From assembly GCA_016220095.1 (NCBI GenBank), contig JACRIJ010000048.1, forward strand, positions 5,296 through 69,295: 64,000 bases of DNA. Direction: 5' to 3'. The translations under genes were made by a program, and so were the position numbers. Position 1 is the first letter of the stretch. Each line of letters starts with the position of its first letter. Below the pieces are notes generated by a model. The model searched no databases and was not told where the DNA came from. It was given only the letters and a program-made list of their open reading frames with translations. This DNA is from Planctomycetota bacterium (GTDB lineage: Bacteria > Planctomycetota > MHYJ01 > JACQXL01 > JACRIJ01). Below, piece by piece: positions 51,701 through 57,833 of this stretch.

Positions 51701-52416
51701 ATAAGGTCGCCTTCCGTTGTTACCGCTGTAGGCGAAACAGTGAGAGCCCCCCAGGAATTTCCGGAAATGGAATATCTCCAGAAATCCGTGGTATTGGCGC
51801 CGCGCAAGGCATAGATGTAATCGCCGGAACCCGGATACGCCAGAGCGCCGCCGGTATTGACAGCGCCGAGAGCAACCGCCTGCGCGCCTGACCATGTGTT
51901 ACTGCCAATATCATAATAGTAAAACGCGGTGCCATTGCCTATAAGGCAGTATATTCTGTTATTGGAACTGACATAAACAACATCGCTTCCGGCACTGACT
52001 GCCACGGGTATGGCCGCGCACGGAGACCATGCATTGCCGGATATGGAGTATTTTTGAAATCCTGTGGCGCCATCCCCCTGCGTCGCGTAAATAAAATCTC
52101 CACCGCCCCAGCACATAGAACCGTAACTGGGAATGCCCCAGGGACTGCCGGTAACCGAGGTGTAAGTTCTACTGCTGATAGTGTACTTGTAAAATTGAGA
52201 ACCGCCGCCGCCTTGCGTTATAAATAATGTGTCCGCTCCGGCCGCGGTTATTTGTGAACCGTAGTACGTTTGCAGAGGACAGGACGGCGGTTCTTCCCAC
52301 CCTACCTGCGCGTAAAGCTCTGCGGGAATAAAAAAGGCCATTGCAAAAATAAATAATGCAATAACCCATTTGTTTGTAATCGCCGCTGTTTTAAGATTTT
52401 TTGTGCGCATAAACAT
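39784..52416 (-). CDS. Giant cell-surface protein (4210 aa) built from beta-propeller blade repeats, many IPT/TIG domains, PKD-like domains and a C-terminal membrane anchor
   Basis: A signal peptide is followed by about 50-aa blade repeats (GxGDYIYAxRGxxxxxFWRYSISGNSW). More than 20 IPT/TIG units are present (e.g. PNEGGTAGGTTVKIIGKNFYPTATVTIGG). Five PKD-like units follow (ANAGSDKT...YQWSQVSGP). The C-terminus is a hydrophobic helix plus RRQ. Confidence 0.85.
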   Translation of the reverse strand: MFMRTKNLKTAAITNKWVIALFIFAMAFFIPAELYAQVGWEEPPSCPLQTYYGSQITAAGADTLFITQGGGGSQFYKYTISSRTYTSVTGSPWGIPSYGSMCWGGGDFIYATQGDGATGFQKYSISGNAWSPCAAIPVAVSAGSDVVYVSSNNRIYCLIGNGTAFYYYDIGSNTWSGAQAVALGAVNTGGALAYPGSGDYIYALRGANTTDFWRYSISGNSWGALTVSPTAVTTEGDLIFGSDPDYVYAYCTNWPSNGFKKYRISTTTWSDMANVPISTAGGADIVYVPGTDWFYFNQGNWGYTVLRYSISNNRWGAIPAAPNTITAGGSLSYYGSGNYIYALRGSTTADFWRYDTSAGTWNTGLAQPTGTIGAGGAICSDGTNLFVMAGNSTSNFWKYTVGSNSWSTMTSTPGTVTTGGFLLYPGTGDFIYAFRGGSFSSFWRYSISGNSWSQLALTPNVVEAGASLSYPGTGDYIYALRGAATSEFWRYSISGNTWSVLASTPATIGSGGALIYPKYGNYLYATRGQNTAEFYRYNMTTNTWATMGSSPFTFNNVGISLTFANDYIYCFAGNTTASFFRYKVFESSTPTAEAIFPNEGGTAGGTTVKIIGKNFYPTATVTIGGVAAVNVAFLDTGLISAAAPAGVAGAANVVVTNPGPLSNTLTGGFTYKTDPIVKSVSPYSGSYTGGTNATITGENFAVGVTVKFGANSATNVVRVSSTSITCATPAGTGNTWSVDLTVTNPGPFNGSLKTAFRYVSVDGWDTPACAPNWFNDGSAMAYDGADTIYALRGDNTTTLWKYSLSTNVWTVCATTPGGTLLYRASSMCFANGDYIYVFRGNQTGIFWRYKISTDTWNDVDPQDTTVLNATYLADYGCSMAWLGGDYIYATLGTHASISANRKLLLRYSISGNTWAQLASTPNEQEGGCDLVWPGQGDYLYATRGANTTDFWRYSIAGNTWETLPSTPNTIRYGGSLAWAYGTNYFYLLRGNATSSGAYFYRYSMGLNSWETMQPQPMSYNWEGGTLLSISNSDYLYSMPAYYQRDFVRYSVSRNNWVDVAPAPASIAEGGNILYDGSANLYVCGGASTTNFWKYTTATDTWATLAAIPATVNYGADMVLAGTDKIYLMRGTATTTFYRYTISTNTWDTMTALPNTASYGAGLAYVSSANAIYCARASSSSDFYKYDITSNSWSVMSSLSATLNYGGGLHYPGTGDFMYMFGSNGQQTFYKYSISLNAWTQLANAPSTFGYYPQMVYAGFGDKIYATGANYGPSSTTNHAWWYYSTTTNAWTTLTNTPFKYYQVTDFARVNDYIYSLVGNNTPYITKYCVLDSGATPSISLINPSTGPTSGNSPVSITGTGFYPGLTLTFGGQAATNIVFNSSISLTVTIPAGSAGAANVVITNPNTKTSTLVGGFTYDSKPYLTSATPQILVASGGTPITITGANFVSGATVSVGGVSATGVLVVDPFTITCTAPSGLAIASLTVANPDLQNATLTNYFEFEAVNSWNEMALLPVNAYQGLTLCYPGTGDFTYFWPYPGSSSAFYKYSFTSNAYTLLTPVTTTGGIGADMVYVPSTTALYLTRGGGTSTFYRYNIGPNTWDTMTACTSNVTTGGFLVYPGSGDFIYCAPGGNTNTFLRYSISGNSWLAMTNFTATFNYGASGNYPGSGDFIYVTHNNTNTYYRYSISGNSWLQMANMPFSTYYGAYQAYGNDGYIYCTQGSNTTGFARYNITGNSWTSLTATPVGVYQCGKMAYIASLNAIMLIPAQSTQYVFKYYLASQKWSKLTPIPSSMSYGNICGTTDKKIYVMYGQGGTNFYKYDITANTATTMTATPWGTYYGSSLTQVDSTYLYALRGYGSSSFAKFNMTTNVWTSLTDAPTIVGYGADSVYPGTGDYIYATGGGGTLYFWRYVISQNKWESLATTPFVVNDGGALCYSNGKIYLSVGNSQTGFYSYDIASNTWLIESSVPFAETSGFDMAWPGYGDVIYALQGNTTTGFWGYYKTTKSWVSLSSAPYTYSTGGFLTYGNDNYLYAINGGGGLYFARYRLLFEGLTPSITTVFPTTIPVNGGMTIVIYGSNFTPTTTVKFGAINATSVTFINSTRLEVVVPAGVLGLSDITVSNGSLTYTSSNAVTFVSKPYVTSITPEEGVSAGKSSVTIKGYNFVNGATVTIGGTSATSVAFVNSQTLTCLTPAGTAWAASVTVTNPDVQTATLRAAFRYIQANVWTEPALLPAVMSTGGRAQWDGNDTIYYTNGNNSTTFSKYIISTNTHSTLAVTLGTISTGSVLLYPGSGDIIYCARANNTATFWGYSISGNSWNDASYADAPVNLSAGASAVRVGTKLYFFQGNTQSEFMTYDTGTNTWDNTTPASAPATVTDGGYLAYPGSGDYIYAFHGSTTADFWRYSISGNTWTVLASAPGNVVAGGYLQFHNSDSEYLYAFQGNGNQSFWRYSLINQNWQATSYPPNTISTNATLVSIGNSDYIYAFRAANTQELWRFSTSRLSWNSISQTNFTAGTGGDSEIAGSSIYALRGASTSYFNAYDISTNTWKFLASTPAAIATAGAIAYPGTGDYLYAARCSNTTDFYRYSISLNTWTSMAPVPGLVNTGAAMTATGTYVYLLQGSVNDFWRYTIATNSWDVRTPITNVPGNGADMAYPGTGDYIYVLRGSGVNEFWRYSISGDSWLARANLPGTVNIGGSLACTGTGDYIFAVAGNGSLGYYRYTISLNTWDDASAADLGYFYDGASLNYYNGSIFAIAGSSNTNYSFWRYTVSTPITVVSVSPNQGPSTGGTNVTVTGTNFIDNPATTVTFGGVLATNIIVVNALTITCTAPSGAAGNATVTVTVPGPQSASLTNGFTYFTDPAPSVTSAAPSASDIAGGASVAISGTNFVSGCSVFFGTTSISGVTFVSSSSLTFTAPAKSAGTYDIKVVNPDTQYNILTNGFVYANSPTVSSIAPNTGTSDGGDSVTITGTNFVSGATVKIGANSATGVTVVNSTSITCTTPSGTIGGVNVVVTNPSTLAGTLTNGFTFQPVAMPNIISIAPDNGDVAGNTPCTITGTDFKNGATVFFGANPALLVTWVDSTSITCSSPAGSIGAVPVKVVNPDTQYDLLFNGFTYNAPPAPQITSITPDNGLMAGGTSCTIAGNNFNSGVTVFFGANAAASVVRVDANTITCSSPAGNAGAVSIKVVNTDAQYYILFNGYTYNSLPVPQITSVSPDNGFVTGGTSCTISGSNFNSGVAVFFGANAASNVTRVDSNTITCFSPAGNAGTVTIKAVNTDTQYGLLTNGFTYNALPSPQITSVSPTHGPIAGGTSLTISGNNFSNGLIVKIGPNNATSVTVVNSSTITCLTPAVAVASTVNVTVTNPDSQAVTLTAGFSYDLSTAPAIALISPASGVSSGGTSITVSGYNFQNGLTLKIGSSSATSVTVVSTSAVTAVTPNGTLGQANVTITNPDGQSYTSQNGFTYISPPTITSIAPNNGSVAGNIFFTITGTNFESGSTITFGGSPATGVTFVSSTVFTGYTPSGYTGKVNVVITSPSQAAVTLANGYEYTGAVPAANAGSDKTSDPSVITLDGTKSTNTTGTKTGIIYQWSQVSGPEVVLNSSSTSTPSFTGKATGEYVFQLIIKEGAISSAPDSVTIKINNVSPVAVISNEKTTTVTEGDLVTLDAGGSYDANGDALTYNWTFHPNLDSTATDKPVFDTTGLSGVFNFSLVVSDGINLSSPADVTIAVQDTNMPPLACAGPDRNAVTGTTVYLDGSTSRDDDGNIKTYLWQYLSGPSETLTLNSSNGAIAAFVPATTGVYYFSLDVTDDDNAPGMTSYVSVYANSPSNHMPSAVITTSATRYTLGQTVTLDAGFSSDPDNDALTYKWELLQTENALSGSQAGTDKILSFTAAETGTLIYKLSVNDGTAWGVPDEITIYVVPQTADEFPVAEAFVSPETDPDGDSIVNMYDMPVVTLIGYTSTGAGSLSFLWQQKTGISVTLDDAASSAPKFAPPARGLYEFQLTVTDQNSVQAYDNVTVIIDDFDSVLNPQGNNLPVANAGDSISTKPGKQVALDGSGSYDSDTDSDGVAGYSNGLLFSWTQLEGPVIELYNADTPEPSFTPTVNGNYKFKLTVSDAVDYSAVSYVTVVVTNKTTQPDPGTGGQDPVVTPDPVTPNPQVSDNSSDSGSKLTQPACFVTQMASQDNRASYIYMLLTLLGLVAVLLFRRQ

Positions 52417-52440
52417 TTCTCCAATTTATTTTCGCGTTAC

Positions 52441-52576
52441 GAAAAACCGCACCACTGCGAAGAAGGATGCGGGACAGCACGTAAGGGAACTGCCCTGCCG
52501 CACTCTTCCCCGGCCTATCCCGTTGTTGTCCGGAACAGGCCGTTCAGTGCATGTGCAGAGATTGTGTTGTGTTTCA
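52441..52576 (-). ncRNA. Conserved structured 3' element downstream of small-protein paralog 1, possibly an attenuator in front of the giant gene
   Basis: It is about 85% identical to 53851-53961. It forms two hairpins with compensatory and wobble changes between copies, and a T5 tract follows. Confidence 0.4.
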
Positions 52577-52792
52577 TTATAATTCCGTCTTCTGCCAGCC
52601 AACAAGGTATCCGTCCGTAAAAATATAGCGTTCTTTCATGTTGCCGCTGACATGCGAATAAATCCATTCCTCATGCCTCGCGGAATTCCTGTTGCTGGCC
52701 GTCCTGACCTCTTTGGCCATGGGCTTGCCGCGTACGCATAAAATGTCCTCGGTCGTAAACGGCGGACAACATATTTTTAAGTCTTTATTCAT
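52577..52792 (-). CDS. Small 71-aa protein, paralog 1, sigma-54-dependent, unknown function
   Basis: The sequence is MNKDLKICCPPFTTEDILCVRGKPMAKEV...YIFTDGYLVGWQKTEL. It is about 80% identical to the 53962-54180 product. It has the RBS GGAGG. Confidence 0.6.
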   Translation of the reverse strand: MNKDLKICCPPFTTEDILCVRGKPMAKEVRTASNRNSARHEEWIYSHVSGNMKERYIFTDGYLVGWQKTEL

Positions 52793-52841
52793 ATATATTC
52801 CTCCAGAAATAATGCAAAACCTTCTCTATAATATAGTATAA

Positions 52842-52857
52842 CGCAAATGCAGTGCCA
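52842..52857 (-). promoter_or_regulatory. Sigma-54 promoter of small-protein paralog 1
   Basis: The minus strand reads TGGCACtgcatTTGC with the GG-N10-GC spacing. It lies about 50 nt upstream of the ATG. Confidence 0.65.
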
Positions 52858-52968
52858 TAGCGCTTAATAAGGCAAAAGCAGGCGCTATCTCTAACACGCT
52901 GTTTGTCAACATGTTGTGGCGGCGGCAAAGGGCCGGTTTTTAGGGGTTTTACGGCAGATGTGCTAAAA

Positions 52969-52997
52969 TTCATACAGATGGATAATTTTTCATACAG
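52969..52997 (-). promoter_or_regulatory. Putative enhancer/UAS direct repeat TTCATACA-N13-TTCATACA
   Basis: It lies about 115 bp upstream of the sigma-54 promoter. The same motif sits at the same distance upstream of paralog 2. Confidence 0.45.
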
Positions 52998-53850
52998 AAG
53001 CGTTGAAATGCAGGGTAACCAGGATATGCCGGCGTTATTTTGCAGCAAGGGACGATTTTTACAACAGATTGAACAGATTAAACGGATTGACGACTACGAC
53101 TAAACAACGAAACAATCCGGACGATGAAACGAAACCACAGATTTTACAAGATTAACACACACATTCGCTCTGCGCAATGCAGGCAAGATTGCGACGACGT
53201 ATCCTGGGTATCCTGTACATCCGATGCAGATAACGGCGCGTTTACGAACGGTTATTTACATGGCAAAACATATATACTTAGCGTGCTTAACGGCCTTTGC
53301 GGGCAAAACGTCGTTCGCTCTAACGGCGACGATTCAACCGCAAAGCAAGTTTACCCTGAGCGGAGCGAAGGGCAAAGTACGCTAAGACGATGCGAATATC
53401 CGTCGTCTTTGCGTTCTTTGCGGTCTTAGCGGTTTATTTCGGTCGTCGTACGTCCGAGCCGCCGACGAACGCAATAAGCCGCAGAGGACGTCAAGAGCGC
53501 CAAGTGACTTGACGAAAGTAGAAGTTGAGACTTAAGACTATAAAGCAGCATAGCCGCAACCAAAACGACTACACGATTATTTGCCACGAAGGCACGAGGT
53601 CACGAAGAATGACGAACGACTATGCCAATTAGCCACAGAGCGCACAGGGAGCGCGGAAAACCATATGACATTCCAATAAATTACTTGAAAAAAGGTGTTC
53701 CCCTTCGTAAAATTCTAAAATCTTCCAATCTTGGAATTTTCTAATCTTGGAATCCGTAAAGTGATTTTCGACATTCGCCCCGGCACCCGGATCTTGGCTC
53801 TCGGCCGTCGTTCTCCCTCCTTCGTTTTCTCTTCTTCCTCCTCATAAAAG

Positions 53851-53961
53851 AAGAGTGCAGGACAGCCCGTAAGAGAACTGCCCTGCCTTGATCTTCCCCG
53901 GCCTATTCCGTTGTTGTCCGGAATAGCCCGTTTAGTGTATGTGTAGAGGTTGTGTTGTGTT
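53851..53961 (-). ncRNA. Conserved structured 3' element downstream of paralog 2
   Basis: One hairpin is CTATTCCG-gacaacaa-CGGAATAG and a second is GCAGGGCAG...CTGTCCTGC. It is homologous to 52441-52576. Confidence 0.4.
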
Positions 53962-54180
53962 TTACTGTAATTCCGTCTTCTGCCAGCCTACAAGATATCC
54001 GTCCGTGAAAATGTATTTTTCTTTCGTATTGCCGTTAACGTGCGAATAAATCCATTCCTCCTGCTTTGCGGAATTCCTGTTATTGATAATCCTGACCTCT
54101 TTGGCCATGGGTTTGCCGCGTACGCATAAAACATCCTCGGTCGTGAACGGCGGACAAGATACTTTTGATTCTTTGTTCAT
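53962..54180 (-). CDS. Small 72-aa protein, paralog 2, sigma-54-dependent, unknown function
   Basis: The sequence is MNKESKVSCPPFTTEDVLCVRGKPMAKEVRIINNRNSAKQEEWIYSHVNGNTKEKYIFTDGYLVGWQKTELQ. It has the RBS GGAGG. Confidence 0.6.
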   Translation of the reverse strand: MNKESKVSCPPFTTEDVLCVRGKPMAKEVRIINNRNSAKQEEWIYSHVNGNTKEKYIFTDGYLVGWQKTELQ

Positions 54181-54228
54181 GATTCCTCCGGAAACAATTC
54201 AAGATTCTCTCTGCTATTCTCTTTACAC

Positions 54229-54243
54229 GCAAAAATAATGCCA
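54229..54243 (-). promoter_or_regulatory. Sigma-54 promoter of small-protein paralog 2
   Basis: The minus strand reads TGGCATtatttTTGC with the GG-N10-GC spacing. Confidence 0.55.
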
Positions 54244-54346
54244 TTAAAATGAAAAAAACAAACACTGGCGTGTCGTTATAACGGATTGATTATCAAGGTG
54301 TTGCGTTGGCGGAAGAAGTGCGCCTTTCATACCTCAATTAAACGGG

Positions 54347-54374
54347 TGTAGTAAAATTCATACATGTGATTGAA
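54347..54374 (-). promoter_or_regulatory. Putative UAS direct repeat TTCATACA-N13-TTCATACC
   Basis: It is a homolog of 52969-52997. A third half-site lies at 54313. Confidence 0.45.
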
Positions 54375-54406
54375 TTTTCATACCTGGAAATGAATTTACA
54401 TAATTC

Positions 54407-56407
54407 TTAATTCGTTAAAGTAATTATTCCCAACAGGCGCAGTTTCCTGTACAATGCCGACCTGTTATATTTCAACGTTCGCGCGGCCTGGACGATATTG
54501 CCGTTGCATTTGCGGAGTGTTTCCGTCAGGACCTGCTTCTCAAACGCGTCTCTTAATTCCTTAAAACTCGTTTGGCCTGTTGTTTGCGCGGGTTCCTGTG
54601 GCCTGTAGGCGTTAATGACCGGAGAGAACATCGGTGTTTCTAACAGAACCGATTCCTTATTCAGGGCGCAGATCCTTTTTATTTCGTTTTTCATCTCGCG
54701 TATATTGCCCGGCCAATTATAATTGACGGCCGTTGTCAGGGCCTCCTGCGTGATTTCCATGGGCCGGCCGGTTAAAGTATATTTCACAAGGAAATATTTC
54801 AATAACAGCGTTATGTCTTCCCTGCGTTCCCTTAAGGCGGGCAGGTTGATCATGATGGCGTTTATCCGGTAATACAAATCCTCCCGGAACATTTTTTTTC
54901 TCACCAATTCTTCAATATTCTGATTGCTCGCGAAAATAAAACGCGTATTTATCGGGACCGGGTTTTCCGCGCCGATGCGCCAGACCTGTTTTTCTTCAAG
55001 CACGCGCAGTAATTTCTGCTGGATTTTCAAAGACATGTCCGCGATTTCGTCCATGAAAAGCGTGCCGTTGGAAGCCAGTTCAACGTAGCCTTTTTTGACT
55101 TCCACGGCGCCCGTGAACGCGCCTTTGGTATGGCCGAAAAGTTCGCTTTCCACGAGGGATTCCGTCAGGGCGCCGCAATTGAACGCCAGCCAATTCTCAT
55201 TCTTGCGCAGGCTGTTCTGGTGCAGGGCTGAGGCGATGAGTTCTTTGCCGGTGCCGGTTTCGCCCTGGATAAGCACGGGCAGGTCGGTCGGCGCGATTTT
55301 TTCCAGTATCTTGAAAACATCCTGCATTGCCGTGGACGTTCCTATGATATCCCTGTACGGCGAATTTTCATACTTCGTGTTTATCGTATTTTTCAACACC
55401 TCAGGCAGGTCAACTAAACCGGACTGTTTCTGCGGAGTCACCGACTGCAGACGACGGAAAAGCTGTTCCAATTCCCGGCTCTTTTCATAAAGCCAGACCA
55501 CGTCCAATTTGTTAAGGACCGGTTTGATCCTGCGTTCGGCCGCGGCGGCCTTATCGGGCATGTTCTTCAGGAAATAGCATTTGCTCAGAAGAAGTTCGGA
55601 TTCCGCGTAGATGTAAGTAATCTTTGCCTGCCCGGATTCTTTTTTTATGGCAAGCAGTTCTTTTATGGCCTCATCAACGTGCGATTCCAACATGTCCATG
55701 ACTGCAAAATGGATCCTGGCTTCAAGGGCGCCTGTCAGAAAATTCTTCTGGTTGCTGAAGTCCACGCATTCTTTAAAGACGGCCTTTGCCCCGGCATAGT
55801 CGTTGACCGCCATCAGGTATTCGCCCTTTAAATGATTGTGATCCAGCGGAAAAAATCCGAGACTGCTGTCGTCTTTGAAAGCGCCTAATTTATCGTAGAT
55901 GATATCCCTGACTTTCGGCAATTCCGCGTTATGGAGATAGCAATATGCGAGGCAGACGAACGTATAGATATACGTCATCTTATCCATAGGGAATTCGCCG
56001 TAGCCGTATTTTTCAAAGTAGTCCTCGGCCTTTTTGAGATTTTGGATTGCCGGGCCTATATTTTTCAGGAGCATGAGATTGCTTCCGATTTCGCAGGAAA
56101 CGTATACGCTCTTAGCCAATGGGAAATGGTGCCTGGACGCCAATAGAGAGGCCTTGTAATACATGTCAATCGCGCGTGAAAATTCTATGAGGTTGTAATA
56201 TATGCGGCCCATATTGCAATAGAATCCGAACTCCTTTTCCGGGCTGAAGGAGAGCAGTGGCATTTTTTTCAGGGCATCTTCCCCGCAGGCCTTTGCCTTC
56301 ACGAAGTTGCTTTCCCGTATGAATTGGGCTATAAGCCCGTCATAATAATCCAGAGTTTGGTTTTTCATAGGTTTGCTGTATTTTATCAATTGATTTCTGT
56401 TTGTCAA
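54407..56407 (-). CDS. Sigma-54-dependent transcriptional activator with an N-terminal TPR-like sensor domain and no receiver domain
   Basis: 666 aa. It carries GETGTGKE, ESELFGHTKGAFTGA and a C-terminal Fis-type HTH. The track start is a TTG codon, and an in-frame ATG at 56368 is the more likely start. Confidence 0.85.
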   Translation of the reverse strand: MTNRNQLIKYSKPMKNQTLDYYDGLIAQFIRESNFVKAKACGEDALKKMPLLSFSPEKEFGFYCNMGRIYYNLIEFSRAIDMYYKASLLASRHHFPLAKSVYVSCEIGSNLMLLKNIGPAIQNLKKAEDYFEKYGYGEFPMDKMTYIYTFVCLAYCYLHNAELPKVRDIIYDKLGAFKDDSSLGFFPLDHNHLKGEYLMAVNDYAGAKAVFKECVDFSNQKNFLTGALEARIHFAVMDMLESHVDEAIKELLAIKKESGQAKITYIYAESELLLSKCYFLKNMPDKAAAAERRIKPVLNKLDVVWLYEKSRELEQLFRRLQSVTPQKQSGLVDLPEVLKNTINTKYENSPYRDIIGTSTAMQDVFKILEKIAPTDLPVLIQGETGTGKELIASALHQNSLRKNENWLAFNCGALTESLVESELFGHTKGAFTGAVEVKKGYVELASNGTLFMDEIADMSLKIQQKLLRVLEEKQVWRIGAENPVPINTRFIFASNQNIEELVRKKMFREDLYYRINAIMINLPALRERREDITLLLKYFLVKYTLTGRPMEITQEALTTAVNYNWPGNIREMKNEIKRICALNKESVLLETPMFSPVINAYRPQEPAQTTGQTSFKELRDAFEKQVLTETLRKCNGNIVQAARTLKYNRSALYRKLRLLGIITLTN

Positions 56408-56745
56408 TAAATATTGAAGAATTGAATAAGCGGACAGTGAATGACGGCGAAATCAACAGGGGCTCTAAGAGACTTTAAAGAGACTGACGACGAGCCCTGA
56501 ACAACAGATTGAACAGATTAAACGGATTGACGACTACGACTAAACGACTGAACAACCGGACGACGGGATGAAACCATATAAAGAAGAAGGCAGTAAGAAG
56601 GCAGGCTGACGCACCGTTCGTCGTCCGTCGTTCAACTGTCGCCTGTTCACATATCACCTTTCGTCGTCGTCCCTCGCTACTCGTTACTGGCTACTCGCTA
56701 CTTCGTCCATCCGTCCTTCATTCTTCATTCTTCATACTTCGTAAG

Positions 56746-56819
<74 letters not shown>

Positions 56820-57066
56820 AAAATCTGCTCTGCAGATTTTGCAGAAGCAAATGCAGTTAATTTTCAACTGTTAAACGTATTTTAATCAACAATAGATAAA
56901 AACGCAAGAAAAAGAATGTTCTAATAGTAACCCGTCAGTAAACGGTGGCATTAAAGGGCGGTAGTGGCCCAGCCATTTATGGCCGGGGTGTAGAAAACTG
57001 AAAAACATGGAGGGCATTCATGCCCTTAATATAACGCTATAAATAGCCTGGTTTGTTGACCTGTTT

Positions 57067-57621
57067 TTATTGTAAGAGTAGCTTCATTTCACGCAAGGCA
57101 CGGCTAACTTCCGCTTCATCTATATTGCCATATTGGCTTTGCATAAACTCCCGGTAAAGTTGGATGCCCGGAGCATCAATATCTTTGAAATATTCCATAA
57201 CTATTTCAACGCACTGCTGTTTTAACCCTTCTTCTTTACCAAATTGCGACCAAAATAGTTTGTTAAAATTGCCATTCTGAATATTGTGCCTGACGATTTT
57301 TATGCTATCGGCAGAATGCACCTGGGCTCTTTCTCTATTTTCCTTAGGCTTGTCAGGCCTTCTAAGGTTTTTGTATCTGTCTTTAATTGCCAGAAGCTTC
57401 AGCATTAAAACAGCATTAGGTTTAGCAAAACGAATTTTAACTTTGGCAGGCCTGCCATCCGGCAAATTACCTTCTATGAATGCGTAATCAAATTGCTGTA
57501 ACACAATCTCTGCGCCAACACACTGAAATGCATGGATTCCTTTTTGAATATCTACTCTGACAGGATCCTTAGGTCTTTTTTCCTTATCGGACGCCATAAA
57601 TTCAATTCGCATCAGTTCCAT
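57067..57621 (-). pseudogene. C-terminal part of an AbiEii/DUF1814-like nucleotidyltransferase toxin, out of frame with its N-terminal part
   Basis: It continues the 57612-57833 ORF after a +1 shift inside an A7 (plus-strand T7) tract at 57633-57639. The combined length is about 257 aa. Confidence 0.5.
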
Positions 57622-57833
57622 GCTGTCAGGAATTTTTTTAAGACTTCAGCAATTGAGGTTAATGATTTACGCAAAGAAATTACATCCAACAGAAAATCAA
57701 AGTCTTTGGAATAACGTGGATTATTGACATTGAATGTCATTGCTTGAGCGCCAGATAAAACAAAATCCTCCGCGGCACTGCCCAATTCAGTCATCAATTC
57801 TAATAAATAGGTTTTTTGCGGTTCTTTAATCAT
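57612..57833 (-). CDS. N-terminal part of an AbiEii/DUF1814-like nucleotidyltransferase
   Basis: It carries the NTase core FVLSGAQAMTFNVNNPRYSKDFDFLLD (GS...DxD). It overlaps the upstream gene by 8 nt. Confidence 0.5.
   Translation of the reverse strand: MIKEPQKTYLLELMTELGSAAEDFVLSGAQAMTFNVNNPRYSKDFDFLLDVISLRKSLTSIAEVLKKFLTAWN

Noticed and set aside
52903-53429. Plus-strand ORFs of 66 and 101 aa between the small-protein paralogs
   Set aside because: The sequence is low-complexity and repeat-derived (R6). No RBS is present. The sigma-54 promoters here point to the minus strand.
56410-56745. Integration att site expected at the tRNA-Arg 3' end
   Set aside because: I could not find a direct repeat of the tRNA 3' end elsewhere in the window and there is no integrase. 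The 3' end faces the EBP side rather than the AT-rich island, so tRNA-targeted integration is unsupported.
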